The notes under the pieces were generated by a model. The model was given only the letters and a program-made list of their open reading frames with translations. It did not search any database and was not told the origin of the DNA. DNA of 36,186 bases from Verrucomicrobiales bacterium (GTDB taxonomy: Bacteria; Verrucomicrobiota; Verrucomicrobiia; Verrucomicrobiales; V1-33), in assembly GCA_031411295.1 (NCBI GenBank), contig JANOAV010000193.1:1-36186 (forward strand), in the 5' to 3' direction. The translations under genes and the position numbers were made by a program. Position 1 is the stretch's first letter, and each line of letters opens with the position of its first letter. Shown here in pieces: positions 8,841 to 19,375 of the stretch.

Positions 8841-9881
8841 TCAGTTGCCACGCACAATGGCGCGGATGTCCGCGGCTTCCCGGGAGATGGGCGGTCGTTT
8901 GACGGTGGTTGGTTTGGGCGTAGTGGGGGCTTCGGCAGGTTTGGTGTCGGCGGTCTTGGCCTTGCGAGCGAAGGTGATGGGGACGTTGTGTTCCGCAATC
9001 AATTGGACGGTGGCCAGCGAGCGCTCCTTCTCCTTGCTCCATTCATAAATTTTGGCCAGTCGCGTCATTTGCTCTTTCAGATTGTCGATGCCGAAAGTGA
9101 TGGTGGCACCGTCGGTCATGCTCACGGTCTGCGCATAATCGTTTTGGAGTAAAATTTCGTGCAGACGCAGCGGCACACAGAAGGCTTGGTCGTTGAATTT
9201 CTGGATCAAGTCCAAAGCCCGCAGGGCGCGACGATCTGTCAGGGGTTGGCCGATTTCGATGTAGGCCAAGCTGGGGATGTTGATTACGGGCAGGTGGTTG
9301 TAGGGATTGATCAGGCTGCGACATTCGAAGACCGTTCCTTTGTCATCCACCAGTCGTCCGTGGATGGTATCACGGGGCACGATGCTCTTGGCGGCACAGG
9401 AGATCCAGGCTACGGGCTGGCGTTCGGTGATCCGGATGTCGATGCGGTTGGGGAAGATGCGCTGGACCACTGCGGTCTTGACCTGCGGAAGGAGCGTCAG
9501 CGCCTTTTGGAGGCTGGTCAGGTCCACTTTCATGACGTTGAGATCTGCTCTCAGGCCGGTGATGTCTGTAATGATATCCTTGGTTAGTCCCCCGCGTTCG
9601 GCCGGCACGTTGGTGTGGAATCCGTAGTCTCCCACCGCATAATTGGGGTTCACGGTAATGGATTCATGCCAGACGGTGGCGGCAAACGAGAGCAGACCAA
9701 TAACCGCCGCCGTGATGGCGAGACATTTGCCGACCAACCATGCCATGGTCCACCGGCGGCGGAAGATCTGCTTCCGGGACAGCGGCACAGAGCGCACCAA
9801 ATCGTCCTTCCGCGGATCGCCCGGTTCAGACCGGAAGCGGAAGCGGAAGTTGCCATGGGAGGCTGGACGTTGACGGAGCAT
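8841..9881 (-). CDS. ftsQ: Cell division protein FtsQ/DivIB (POTRA domain)
   Basis: Basic cytoplasmic N-terminus, single TM helix, POTRA signature LPQVKTAVVQRIFPNRIDIRITERQPVAW; follows ddl. Confidence 0.9.
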   Translation of the reverse strand: MLRQRPASHGNFRFRFRSEPGDPRKDDLVRSVPLSRKQIFRRRWTMAWLVGKCLAITAAVIGLLSFAATVWHESITVNPNYAVGDYGFHTNVPAERGGLTKDIITDITGLRADLNVMKVDLTSLQKALTLLPQVKTAVVQRIFPNRIDIRITERQPVAWISCAAKSIVPRDTIHGRLVDDKGTVFECRSLINPYNHLPVINIPSLAYIEIGQPLTDRRALRALDLIQKFNDQAFCVPLRLHEILLQNDYAQTVSMTDGATITFGIDNLKEQMTRLAKIYEWSKEKERSLATVQLIAEHNVPITFARKAKTADTKPAEAPTTPKPTTVKRPPISREAADIRAIVRGN

Positions 9882-9888
9882 GAGAAAG

Positions 9889-10809
9889 TTAGCGTTTCAG
9901 AGCGAGCGAGAGTTCAATGATGCGGGCGCAGAGTTCGGGATAGCCGATGCCCACGGCCTGGGCTGCTTTGGGGAGCAGACTGGTGGAAGTCATCCCCGGG
10001 ATGGTGTTGACCTCGAGGACGTAGGCATCTTCCGCTGCGTCCAACAGGACGTCCACCCGGCTGTAAACTTCGACGCCCAGGGCCTGGTGTGCTGCCAGCG
10101 CGGCAGCTTGCACGCGCTGCGTCGTGGCCGGGGAGAGTTCGGCGGGGCAGGTATAATCAGAGCCGCCCTGGCCGTTGTTCATCCAGGGATACTTGTTAGT
10201 AATATCGTAAAATCCGCTGCGAGGTTGGATGTGGACGATGGGCAGGGCTTCATCACCCAGCACCCCCACCGTCAATTCCTTGCCCACAATGAGTTCTTCC
10301 ACCAACGCTTCATCGCCATACTTGGCACAATCCGTCAGGGCGGTGGCGAGTTGCTCGGCCGTATGCACCAAATGCACGCCCACGCTGGAGCCTTCGCGCG
10401 GCGGCTTCACACAGACTGGTAACGGCAGCGTGACGGCTTGCGGACTAGCCGGTAATTTCACGATTTGATACTTCGGCGTGGGCACGCCTGCCTCCACAAA
10501 ACGAACTTTGCTGGGGAGTTTATCAAACGCCAATTCACTGCTCACCACGCCTGCTCCGGTGTAAGGCACCCCTTTGTTTTCCAGGATGCGCTGCAGTTTG
10601 CCGTCTTCGCCAAAGGTGCCGTGAATCACATTGAAGACGACCTCGGTATCGGCAGGGATCTCAAAGTTCGGTCCAGTGACATCGACTTCCGTGACTTCCG
10701 CGCCTAACGAGCGCAGCGCTTCACTAACTCCTTTGCCAGAAGCCAGTGAGACCAAACGTTCGGAGCCAGGTCCGCCCATTACCAAGGTGATTTTTTTGCG
10801 CTTGAGCAT
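9889..10809 (-). CDS. ddl: D-alanine--D-alanine ligase
   Basis: MGGPGSERLVSLASG, IHGTFGEDG, KPPREGSSVG, SRVD, LEVNTIPGMT. Confidence 0.97.
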   Translation of the reverse strand: MLKRKKITLVMGGPGSERLVSLASGKGVSEALRSLGAEVTEVDVTGPNFEIPADTEVVFNVIHGTFGEDGKLQRILENKGVPYTGAGVVSSELAFDKLPSKVRFVEAGVPTPKYQIVKLPASPQAVTLPLPVCVKPPREGSSVGVHLVHTAEQLATALTDCAKYGDEALVEELIVGKELTVGVLGDEALPIVHIQPRSGFYDITNKYPWMNNGQGGSDYTCPAELSPATTQRVQAAALAAHQALGVEVYSRVDVLLDAAEDAYVLEVNTIPGMTSTSLLPKAAQAVGIGYPELCARIIELSLALKR

Positions 10810-11039
10810 TTTCCAGTTTATCTAAAAGTTCCAGTGAGTTCACCAGAGACAGAAGAAACGTAGCATATCCTTAATATTAAGGCACGTAAACAAGTTTTCC
10901 ACTGACTCTTGAAATTATTTTCCTGTCTGGGAAACGTTGATTTAGCTTGGAAAATTTCAAATTAAGTCACGAGAGCCGGGAAATTTGCCAGAAACGGGGG
11001 CTAATGCGAGTGCTGACGCGCTAGCCTAAAGGGCGCTCG

Positions 11040-12116
11040 TTACAAATGGACGGTCTGCGATTGATCAGCCGACTGCACCGCAGCCAAGGCCACGCGCAAG
11101 CTGAGCAAATTATTGGACGCTGAATTTTCCGGTTCCCGATTATCCTCGATCGCGCAAAGCAACTCGCCCATCGCCCCGCGGAAGCCATCGGCAAACCAGG
11201 CTCCCGCTAACTCCGCGCGGGCCGATCCCGCTGCAGTGATGATGTCCACCGCGGTGATCCCGCAGAGATCGCCCACCGCACGCAGCGTGCCCATGCTTCC
11301 CACAATGGTGCAGCTCTCCTGCGCGCCATGACGGCTGCAGCCGTTAAAACTCAGCGTGGCAATTCCTTGGGCATAGGTCACCACACTGCTGGCCACGAGC
11401 GGCGGCTGAATCGGTTGGCCGGGCGCAGACTTGGTGGCGGCAAAGACGGATTGGGCACTGCCCAGGGGAAAGAAGGAACAGGCCGCGTCGAACCAATGGA
11501 TTCCGAAATCGCTCAGCACCAAGTGCGGCAATTTTTCAAATGCGGTGCCTGCAGTCCACGTATGATCCCAGTTGAGAGCCATGGTCACGGAACTTACCTC
11601 GCCAATCAAACCAGCGCGCACGGCCTGCCGCAGGTAAGAGAAATAAGGTGCCCAGCGCCCGTTCTGATTCACCGCCAACTGCACTCCCGCCGCTTTGGCT
11701 AGTGCCACCAAGCGCTCGCCCTCGGCTAGATCCAGCACGAAGGGCTTTTGACTGAGCACATGCTTCCCAGCCGCAATCGCTTGCTCAATTAAAGGTCCGC
11801 GCACTGCGGGATGAGTGGCAATGTCCACCACCGCAATCTCCGCCATGGCCAGCAATTCCGCCACGCTGTCGCAAACTTTTGCTTGGGGATAAAACTCCGC
11901 CCGCCGCTGCTCCGCTTTTTCCCGCGTGGGATTGTAAAACGCCACCACCTCCCAACCGCTCGCCCGATACGCCTTGAGGTGATGCTCCGTGATCCCCCCG
12001 CAGCCAATGAGCCCCAGCTTCGGCCGATACGACCGTGGACACGGCGGTTCATACGGCAGGATCGGAGCCGCTATCATTGCCCCAGCGGTGGATTTCAGAT
12101 CGTAATTTTCTCCCAT
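11040..12116 (-). CDS. Gfo/Idh/MocA family oxidoreductase
   Basis: GLIGCGGI Rossmann motif, GKHVLSQKP, DFGIHWFD. Confidence 0.93.
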   Translation of the reverse strand: MGENYDLKSTAGAMIAAPILPYEPPCPRSYRPKLGLIGCGGITEHHLKAYRASGWEVVAFYNPTREKAEQRRAEFYPQAKVCDSVAELLAMAEIAVVDIATHPAVRGPLIEQAIAAGKHVLSQKPFVLDLAEGERLVALAKAAGVQLAVNQNGRWAPYFSYLRQAVRAGLIGEVSSVTMALNWDHTWTAGTAFEKLPHLVLSDFGIHWFDAACSFFPLGSAQSVFAATKSAPGQPIQPPLVASSVVTYAQGIATLSFNGCSRHGAQESCTIVGSMGTLRAVGDLCGITAVDIITAAGSARAELAGAWFADGFRGAMGELLCAIEDNREPENSASNNLLSLRVALAAVQSADQSQTVHL

Positions 12117-12149
12117 GCCTTAGTAGAACAAATTTCGGATGAGAGCGCA

Positions 12150-12333
12150 AGCGTTCCCCAACATTGCATGAGAACCGGCGGAGGCCTTTGAAGTGGGCGA
12201 CCTCAGCCGGTCTGGACCGTATCCAGGCCGCGTCAAGCAGCCAACTTCTAACTGGAGAGCCGGATGCGGGAGATCCGCCAGTCCACTTCGGAGAGCGGGA
12301 CAGCGCAATCCAATGCGCTGTCCCTACCCCTAT
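12150..12333 (+). ncRNA. Group II intron 3' remnant (domains V-VI plus upstream hairpins); 5' boundary approximate
   Basis: DV-like GAGCCGGATGCGGGAGATCCGCCAGTCCACTTC (12257-12289) with AGC triad; DVI hairpin GGGACAGCGCA/TGCGCTGTCCC; canonical CCCTACCCCTAT 3' end at 12333. Confidence 0.88.
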
Positions 12334-12337
12334 CAAA

Positions 12338-13066
12338 TTATCCTTTCAAGTCATTCACAAACGCTTCCAGTGCCGCCACACGTTCTTTCAGCGCAGCCAG
12401 TTCTTCCTGCCAATCAGGCGGTGGGGGCACGATCGTGGCGCTACTGGGATTAGCGGTTAGGGGAGCATCGGCCGACACGGGGCCGCAGAGTAAATGGGCG
12501 ACCGTCTTCACTTTCCGCCCCAACCCTGGCGGCAAAATAATGACCAAGGGTCCGGTGGGATAGTCCACCAACGCTTGCACGGCCTCTTCGAGTCGGGTGA
12601 GGTCGGGAAAGGAATACATCCGCTCCGAGTTCGTGCGGAGTTCGCCCATGGTTTGTCGGCCCCGGATCAGCAATTCACAGAGGATGGCCCGGCCGGCCGC
12701 GCTGAGCTGGTCCAGCACCTCGCCAATGGTGTGATAATATTTCGGCACGCGGGCACCCGCTACGTTTTTCATGACGGCCAGCCGCTTGCGGCGGAGGGAG
12801 GTTACGGCGGCATCCACCACCTTGTCGTCCCATTCCACAATGGGGGATCGGTTGGAGCGCTGGTTGCAGGCGGTGACCAGGCTGTTGAGGGTCATGGGAT
12901 AATAATCCGGAGTGGTGACCTCCTTTTCCAACATGCAACCCAGCACGCGGGCTTCCTCAAAAGTCAGCATCGCCTCCACGGCGGCCGGTTCCGGCGTGAG
13001 TGGCAGCGTCTCGGAAATTTCATCGGTGGCGGGGGAGATGTCAGGGAGGTGGTCGGAATCAGTCAT
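12338..13066 (-). CDS. YceH / DUF480 family protein (probable start ATG 13066)
   Basis: EARVLGCMLEKEVTTPDYYPMTLNSLVTACNQRSNRSP, LLIRGRQTMGELR, AHLLCG. Confidence 0.93.
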   Translation of the reverse strand: MTDSDHLPDISPATDEISETLPLTPEPAAVEAMLTFEEARVLGCMLEKEVTTPDYYPMTLNSLVTACNQRSNRSPIVEWDDKVVDAAVTSLRRKRLAVMKNVAGARVPKYYHTIGEVLDQLSAAGRAILCELLIRGRQTMGELRTNSERMYSFPDLTRLEEAVQALVDYPTGPLVIILPPGLGRKVKTVAHLLCGPVSADAPLTANPSSATIVPPPPDWQEELAALKERVAALEAFVNDLKG

Positions 13067-13348
13067 GGGGAAACCTTCACCAAAGAGGGCTGGGTTGCAA
13101 CCGGGAGCTAGCAGGGGCCCCGCAGGCAACGATGGCCAGCTTTAGCCCAGGGTAAGCCGGACCAAGTGGTGCCTCTGGTGCCGCTTGATGCCCACCAGCA
13201 CTGCGGCCAATGTGCAAGAACTCGCTGCCCCCTGATGCGGAGTGAAGGAAATTTGACATGTGCTGAGGGTGACTAAAGTGATGCTATGGTTTCACCCAAT
13301 GTGCGCTGGAACCCCCACGGCTGTTTTTCGAACCCCCAGATTTGCTTC

Positions 13349-16300
13349 ATGAGATGTCTCGCGCTCCTTGCCCTCGCTGGCAGTTTACCCCTTGTGGCCG
13401 CTGCTGTTGAGGCGGTCCCTCCAGATCATGCGGAACGCATGGCCCGTGGATTGACGCTCTTTCAGCAAGAAATTGCGCCCCTGCTTAGGGAGCAGTGTGT
13501 GCAGTGCCACGGCGGAGAAAAGCTCAAAGGGGATTTCGACCTGGTGACGCGTGAAGGCTTGTTGCATGGAGGGAAAGATGGATTGGCGGTGGTGCCGTTT
13601 AAGGCAGCGGAGAGTCGTCTGCTGAAGTTGCTACGGCATGAGGAAGAGCCGGAGATGCCGGAAAAGAAGCCCAAGCTCAGCGATGCGGTCATTGCCAAAG
13701 TGGCGCAGTGGATTGATCTGGGAGCTCCTTATGAGGCACCGTTGGTGGCCGGTAAAACGCCGCCACGGGACAAATCGAAAGTCACGGAGGAGGATCGGAA
13801 ATGGTGGTCGTTCCTGCCGCTGGCAAAGTTACCTCCGCCGTCCGGTGCCACGCACCCAGTCGATGCCTTCCTGCTGGCGACGGCCAAGCCGAAGGGACTA
13901 ACATTTTCCCCGGCAGCGGATGCCCGCACCCTGCTCCGCAGAATATCCTTTGATCTAACCGGCCTGCCGCCTGCGGAATCGGTGGCGGCGGAGTTTTTGC
14001 GGGCGGGGCCAAATACGACGCCAGCACCTGATGCAGTAGCGAAACTGATCGATCAATTATTGGCGGAACCCGCCTTCGGGGAGCGCTGGGCGCGGCATTG
14101 GTTGGATGTGGCACGCTTTGCGGAGAGCAGTGGCTTCGAGCAGGATTATAATCGTCCGCATGCCTATCATTTTAGGGATTTCGTGATCCAAGCTTTCAAC
14201 GACGACATGCCATTCGATCAATTCGCGCGCTGGCAGATTGCGGGCGATGAATTTGCCCCCGATGATCCCCAAGCCATGATGGCCACCGGCTTCCTGGGCG
14301 CAGGGGTTTTCCCAACGCAAATCACCGCCAATGAAGTGGAGCGGACGCGCTACGATGCGCTGGACGATATGCTGGGAACGACCAGCAGCGCGTTCCTGGG
14401 CCTCAGTGTAGCCTGTGCCCGGTGTCACGATCACAAATTCGATCCAATTCCAGCGGCAGATTATTATCGCATGGCGAGCACGTTCACCACCACGGTGCGG
14501 GCCAATATTGACTTGGATTTGGATCCGGCAAAATCTCGGCACGCCAAGGCGGATTGGGAAAAGCAACGGAGCGACCTGACCGCCGCGCTGAAGCAAATCG
14601 AGGCCGATTTACGCCTGAAATTCAAACCGGAGTTGGTCGAAGGGAACTTGGAAACGTGGCGTTTGCTCATGCCGGAATCGATCAGTTCGAAAACTCCAAA
14701 GACGAAATTCAAAGATCTGGGCGATGGCTCATTCCTAGCCGAAGGCGCCGCGGGCGATTCTGACACCTACACCGTAATTGCGAGCACGAATCAGCCCAAC
14801 ATCACGGCCGTGCGCGTGGAGGCCCTGGCCCATCCATCCCTGCCCCAGGGCGGGCCGGGGCGGGCGACGAATGGCAATTTTGCGTTGGCAAAATTCACCC
14901 TGAGCGTGCAACCCGCCACGGGTGAGAAACGTCGCGTCAACCTCGCCAGTGCGTTGGCGGACTTTGAACAGAACAAGGATTCGCTGAGTATTGCGGGTTC
15001 GCTGGATGACAAACCCAACACGGGCTGGGCGGTGGATGGGGGAGGTATTGGGAAAGACCATGCAGGCGTGTTTCTGCTGGAAACACCGCTGACGCTAGCC
15101 GCAGGAGAGAAGCTCATCATGGAGTTATCATTTACCGTGAACACGAAGCACAACATCGGCCGACCCCGCTTCGCCTTGAGTTCCGTGCCCGCGCCAAGTT
15201 GGAAGGGCGAAGTCCCCCAACCCGCTGTGGCGCAAGCGTTGGCCGCTTTCCACAACAAGCAACCACTCAAGCCACAGCAATCGGAGGCCTTGTTTGATTA
15301 TTGGAAAAAACAGCAACCCTCCTGGGCGGCGGCAAATAGCAAAGTGACGAAGCTGGGGGGTAAAGCTCCCGTCGCCACAACGCCCGTGATGGTCTGCGCG
15401 GAAGGTTACCCGCCCATCGTCATGCATTCGCAGGGGCCTCCGTTCTTGGAGAAGACGCATTTTCTAAAACGGGGTGACACCAATCAGAAAGGGGACGAAG
15501 CGAGTCCGGGATTCCTCCAAGTTCTCTCTGGCTCGGCAGATCCCCAGCGCTGGCAATGGTCTCCGCCCGCCGGAGCCAAGTCCTCTGGCAAACGACGCAC
15601 CTTGGCCAACTGGCTGACAGATGTGGATCATGGTGGCGGCACGTTAATGGCGCGGGTGATTGTGAATCGCTTATGGCAACATCATTTCGGAACCGGCTTG
15701 GTGAACACGCCGAATGATTTTGGTAAATCAGGAAGTGCACCTTCCCAACCTGCCTTATTGGATTGGTTGGCGGGCGAATTGATTCACGGGGGCTGGAAAC
15801 TGAAGCCCATCCACCGACTCATGATGACCAGCGCAGCCTATCAACAACGCTGCGTGACTGATCCCGCCAAGGTTGCCGCAGATCCTGACAACCTGCTCTT
15901 CCTCCGTCGCATCCCGCAGCGATTGGAAGCCGAAGCCGTGCGCGACAGTCTGCTGGCCGTCTGTGGCACGTTGGATGCGAAACTTTACGGCCCCGGCACG
16001 CTGGATGAACAGAGCCGCCGCCGGAGTATTTATTTCATGGTGAAACGCAGTCAGTTAGTGAACTCCATGGTGGCCTTCGATGCGCCAGAACCCATGGCCA
16101 GCACGGGGGCACGGCCCACCACCACGGTCACTCCGCAGGCGCTGCTCTTGATGAATAGTCCCAATGTGCGTGCTTGGGCTCAGGAATTTGCGCAGCGGGT
16201 CCAGAAGGATGGCGCGGGCACGAACGTGGACCAGCTCGTCACTCGGAGTTACCAACTGGCACTGACGCGAGGCCCGGTGGAGGCTGAATCCACGGCGGCC

Positions 16301-16426
16301 AGAAACTTTCTCCAAGCCCAGGCTGCAAGCTATACCGCAGATGGTAAAACCAACGCGCAGGCGTTGGCCCTGGCAGACTTCTGTCAGGCGCTGCTGGCAC
16401 TCAATGAATTCGTTTACGTGAACTAA
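13349..16426 (+). CDS. Planctomycete cytochrome c (PSCyt1) / DUF1549 / DUF1553 domain protein (probable start ATG 13349)
   Basis: Signal peptide, CVQCH and CARCHDHKFD heme motifs, FGERWARHWLDVARFAES, RVIVNRLWQHHFGTGLV, RLEAEAVRD. Confidence 0.95.
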   Translation: MRCLALLALAGSLPLVAAAVEAVPPDHAERMARGLTLFQQEIAPLLREQCVQCHGGEKLKGDFDLVTREGLLHGGKDGLAVVPFKAAESRLLKLLRHEEEPEMPEKKPKLSDAVIAKVAQWIDLGAPYEAPLVAGKTPPRDKSKVTEEDRKWWSFLPLAKLPPPSGATHPVDAFLLATAKPKGLTFSPAADARTLLRRISFDLTGLPPAESVAAEFLRAGPNTTPAPDAVAKLIDQLLAEPAFGERWARHWLDVARFAESSGFEQDYNRPHAYHFRDFVIQAFNDDMPFDQFARWQIAGDEFAPDDPQAMMATGFLGAGVFPTQITANEVERTRYDALDDMLGTTSSAFLGLSVACARCHDHKFDPIPAADYYRMASTFTTTVRANIDLDLDPAKSRHAKADWEKQRSDLTAALKQIEADLRLKFKPELVEGNLETWRLLMPESISSKTPKTKFKDLGDGSFLAEGAAGDSDTYTVIASTNQPNITAVRVEALAHPSLPQGGPGRATNGNFALAKFTLSVQPATGEKRRVNLASALADFEQNKDSLSIAGSLDDKPNTGWAVDGGGIGKDHAGVFLLETPLTLAAGEKLIMELSFTVNTKHNIGRPRFALSSVPAPSWKGEVPQPAVAQALAAFHNKQPLKPQQSEALFDYWKKQQPSWAAANSKVTKLGGKAPVATTPVMVCAEGYPPIVMHSQGPPFLEKTHFLKRGDTNQKGDEASPGFLQVLSGSADPQRWQWSPPAGAKSSGKRRTLANWLTDVDHGGGTLMARVIVNRLWQHHFGTGLVNTPNDFGKSGSAPSQPALLDWLAGELIHGGWKLKPIHRLMMTSAAYQQRCVTDPAKVAADPDNLLFLRRIPQRLEAEAVRDSLLAVCGTLDAKLYGPGTLDEQSRRRSIYFMVKRSQLVNSMVAFDAPEPMASTGARPTTTVTPQALLLMNSPNVRAWAQEFAQRVQKDGAGTNVDQLVTRSYQLALTRGPVEAESTAARNFLQAQAASYTADGKTNAQALALADFCQALLALNEFVYVN

Positions 16427-16432
16427 CCGGCT

Positions 16433-17863
16433 ATGAAATCAACGCTTGAACAACTAACCCGTCGTCATTTCTTCCAACGTGCTGGCGCGGGCTTCGGCAT
16501 GGTGGCGCTCCAGAGCTTGCTGGCACGCACCGGGCTGGCGGCGGGAAATCCGCTGGCGGCCAAGATCCCCCACCTGAAGCCCAAGGCTAAATCCATCATC
16601 TGGCTCTTCATGAATGGCGGTCCCAGCCATGTGGATACGTGGGATTACAAGCCTGAACTCATCAAACATGATGGCGAACCGCTGCCTGGCTTCGATCCCA
16701 AGACCGGCTTCTTTCCCGGGGCGGTGGGGAATCTGATGAAATCGCCCTTCACCTTCGCCCAGCATGGTCAGAGCGGCACGTGGGGCAGTTCACTCTTTCC
16801 GAGGCTAACCAAACATGTGGATCGCATGGCCTTCGTGCATTCGATGTTTACGCAATCGAACAACCATTCGCCTGCCTTGTTCATGATGAACACCGGCACC
16901 ACCCGCATGGGGTATCCCAGCGCTGGATCGTGGGTGACGTATGGGCTGGGGTCTTCCAGTGAGGATCTGCCTTCGTTTATCGTGATGAGCGATCCCAAAG
17001 ACCGCGGGTTGCCGAAAGGAAATGCCAACAATTGGACGGCCGGATTTCTGCCAGGAGTATTTCAAGGCACGTGGCTGAAGCCTAAAGGCACGCCGATTGA
17101 TAACTTGATCCGTCCTGCCGACCTCACCGACTCACGGCAGCGCGCGCAATTGGATTTGCTCTCGCAGTTGAATCGCATGACCCTCGCCAATTCAAGCGCC
17201 GAGGCGGAATTGGCGGCTCGGATCAATAGTTTCGAGCTGGCGTATCGCATGCAAACCTCCGCGCCTGAGGCATTTGATTTGAAGGACGAACCGGAGCACA
17301 TCCGCAAGCTCTACGGCTTGGATGAGAAACATTGTTCCCACATGGCCACCCAATGTTTGATGGCCCGACGCCTGGTGGAACGGGGCACGCGCTTCGTGCA
17401 GATCTACAGCGGCGGCATGGAGAATCAGCTTTCGTGGGACGGGCACATGGACATCGTGGGCAACCACGGCGGCTTCGCGCAGGAAACCGATCAGCCTTTT
17501 GCCGCGCTCATCGAAGACTTGGCACAGCGGGGTTTGCTGGAGGATACACTGGTCGTATGTGCCGGTGAATTCGGCCGACTTCCCATTGCGCAGAAGGGCG
17601 ATAAACCAGGCCGGGATCACAACCCCCATGCCTTCACGGTGTGGATGGCGGGTGGCGGTGTGAAAGGCGGCACCCACTATGGCGAGACGGACGAATTCGG
17701 CTTCAAAGCGGCTACCAACAAAGTGAGCATCCATGACTTCCACGCCACGCTCCTTTACGCGTTAGGCATCGATCATGAGCAACTCACCTTCCGCATCCAA
17801 GGGCTGGATCAGCGCCTTACCGGTGTGGAATCCAGCCGGGCGATCACGGAGTTATTCGCGTGA
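16433..17863 (+). CDS. DUF1501 domain protein (sulfatase-like, Tat-like RR leader)
   Basis: TRRHFFQ leader, LFMNGGPSHVDTWDYKP, ARRLVERGTRFVQ, GEFGRLP, GRDHNP; usual partner of DUF1549/1553 genes. Confidence 0.95.
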   Translation: MKSTLEQLTRRHFFQRAGAGFGMVALQSLLARTGLAAGNPLAAKIPHLKPKAKSIIWLFMNGGPSHVDTWDYKPELIKHDGEPLPGFDPKTGFFPGAVGNLMKSPFTFAQHGQSGTWGSSLFPRLTKHVDRMAFVHSMFTQSNNHSPALFMMNTGTTRMGYPSAGSWVTYGLGSSSEDLPSFIVMSDPKDRGLPKGNANNWTAGFLPGVFQGTWLKPKGTPIDNLIRPADLTDSRQRAQLDLLSQLNRMTLANSSAEAELAARINSFELAYRMQTSAPEAFDLKDEPEHIRKLYGLDEKHCSHMATQCLMARRLVERGTRFVQIYSGGMENQLSWDGHMDIVGNHGGFAQETDQPFAALIEDLAQRGLLEDTLVVCAGEFGRLPIAQKGDKPGRDHNPHAFTVWMAGGGVKGGTHYGETDEFGFKAATNKVSIHDFHATLLYALGIDHEQLTFRIQGLDQRLTGVESSRAITELFA

Positions 17864-17923
17864 TGTCCCCTTCGTCCACCCAAAGAGACTTTGCGATGGG
17901 ATCAATGTTGTGTAGCGGTGGGG

Positions 17924-19375
17924 ATGAATTTGTTGCAAACCGCCTATGATCCAGAAACCTTCCGCCAGCAGGGCCATCAGTTAATCGATGCGCTGGCGGA
18001 TCGCTTGGCGAAGTCGTTGCAGGGAGTGGGAAACGTTTGTTCCACGGTGGCTCCGGCGGATGAATTGGCGCATTGGCAGGCACGCATGGCGCAGCCGCCT
18101 CAGGAGGTGGCGGAATTTCTGGCGGAGTTTGTGGAGCGTTCGATTCATCTGCACCATCCGCATTATGTGGGGCACCAAGTGTGCGCGCCTGCTCCAGCGG
18201 CGGCGTTGGCAGGACTGGTGTCGGAGTTGATGAACAACGGAATGGCGATTTATGAAATGGGTCCGGCCGCAACGGCGTTGGAGAAATGGGTCATTCAGCG
18301 CACGGCGGCGGCATTTGGGATGCCGGAGGGAGATGGATTCCTAACTTCCGGAGGAACCCTGGCAACCCTAACAGCCCTGCTGGGAGCGCGGGCGCGGCAG
18401 TTGGGGGATGCCGTTTTGGAACATGGCACCGAACCGCAATGGGCCATCATGACGTCCGAGGAATCGCACTACTGCGTGACCCGGGCCGTGCAAATCATGG
18501 GCTGGGGGAAGGACAGCGTGGTGTTAGTGCCAACCGATGATCGCTGCAAGATGCAGGTGGATTTATTGGACACGTTGTTTCAGCAATCCGTCGCGCGCGG
18601 ACGCACGCCCATTGCGGTGGTGGGTTGTGCGTGTTCGACTTCCACGGGTTCCTATGATGACCTGCGAGCCATCGCTAAATTTTGCGCCAGCCGGAAACTC
18701 TGGTTTCATGTGGATGGAGCGCATGGTGGCGCAGTGGCGTTTTGCGAGGAACTGCGGGGGCGTTTGGATGGAATTGAACTGGCAGACTCTGTCATTCTGG
18801 ACTATCACAAGCTGTTGCTTACCCCAGCGCTGGCAACGGCGGTCATTTTCCGGGAGCGTTCTGCTTCCTGGGCGGCCTTCCATCAGCGGGCGCAATATTT
18901 GTGGGACGAGTCAGCAGGCGAGGAATGGCATAATGTGGGTCGGCGGAGTTTCGAGTGCACCAAGCACAGTATCAGTGTGAAAATTGCCGCGCTCTTCCGC
19001 ACGGGTGGTGAAGCGTTGTTTGCCGAATACTTGCGCGCGGTGCATCAGCTGGCTCGGCAGTTTGCGGAGTTGGTGCAGGCACGGGGACAATTTGCCTTGG
19101 CAGTGGAGCCGGAGTCCAACATCGTTTGCTTCCGCCATGCTCCCTCGGATCGCTCTCCTTCGGACTGGAATGAACACAATGCCAGGCTGAGATTGGCGGT
19201 GGTGGGCTCCGGGAAATATTATTTAGTGCAGACGGTAATTCGAGGTCGAACATGGTTGCGTTGTGCCCTGATGAATCCCTTTACGAAGTTATCGCATTTG
19301 GAGGAGTTGTTGACTGAGATCGAGCAACTTACGGATTCCGTAATCTGTCATGGATGCCGACTTCGCCCTGCCTAA
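17924..19375 (+). CDS. Group II PLP-dependent decarboxylase (diaminobutyrate/aromatic amino acid decarboxylase-like; probable start ATG 17924)
   Basis: HHPHYVGHQ, FLTSGGT, WFHVDGAHGG, DSVILDYHK (PLP lysine), NIVCFR. Confidence 0.92.
   Translation: MNLLQTAYDPETFRQQGHQLIDALADRLAKSLQGVGNVCSTVAPADELAHWQARMAQPPQEVAEFLAEFVERSIHLHHPHYVGHQVCAPAPAAALAGLVSELMNNGMAIYEMGPAATALEKWVIQRTAAAFGMPEGDGFLTSGGTLATLTALLGARARQLGDAVLEHGTEPQWAIMTSEESHYCVTRAVQIMGWGKDSVVLVPTDDRCKMQVDLLDTLFQQSVARGRTPIAVVGCACSTSTGSYDDLRAIAKFCASRKLWFHVDGAHGGAVAFCEELRGRLDGIELADSVILDYHKLLLTPALATAVIFRERSASWAAFHQRAQYLWDESAGEEWHNVGRRSFECTKHSISVKIAALFRTGGEALFAEYLRAVHQLARQFAELVQARGQFALAVEPESNIVCFRHAPSDRSPSDWNEHNARLRLAVVGSGKYYLVQTVIRGRTWLRCALMNPFTKLSHLEELLTEIEQLTDSVICHGCRLRPA

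Noticed and set aside
12164..12460. 98-aa ORF containing TGEPDAGDPPVHFGER as a protein
   Set aside because: That peptide is the usual spurious translation of group II intron domain V, and the ORF runs antisense into yceH.
13253..13279. Sigma70 promoter TTGACA...TAAAGT before the PSD1 gene
   Set aside because: The spacer is only 15 nt and there is no other support.
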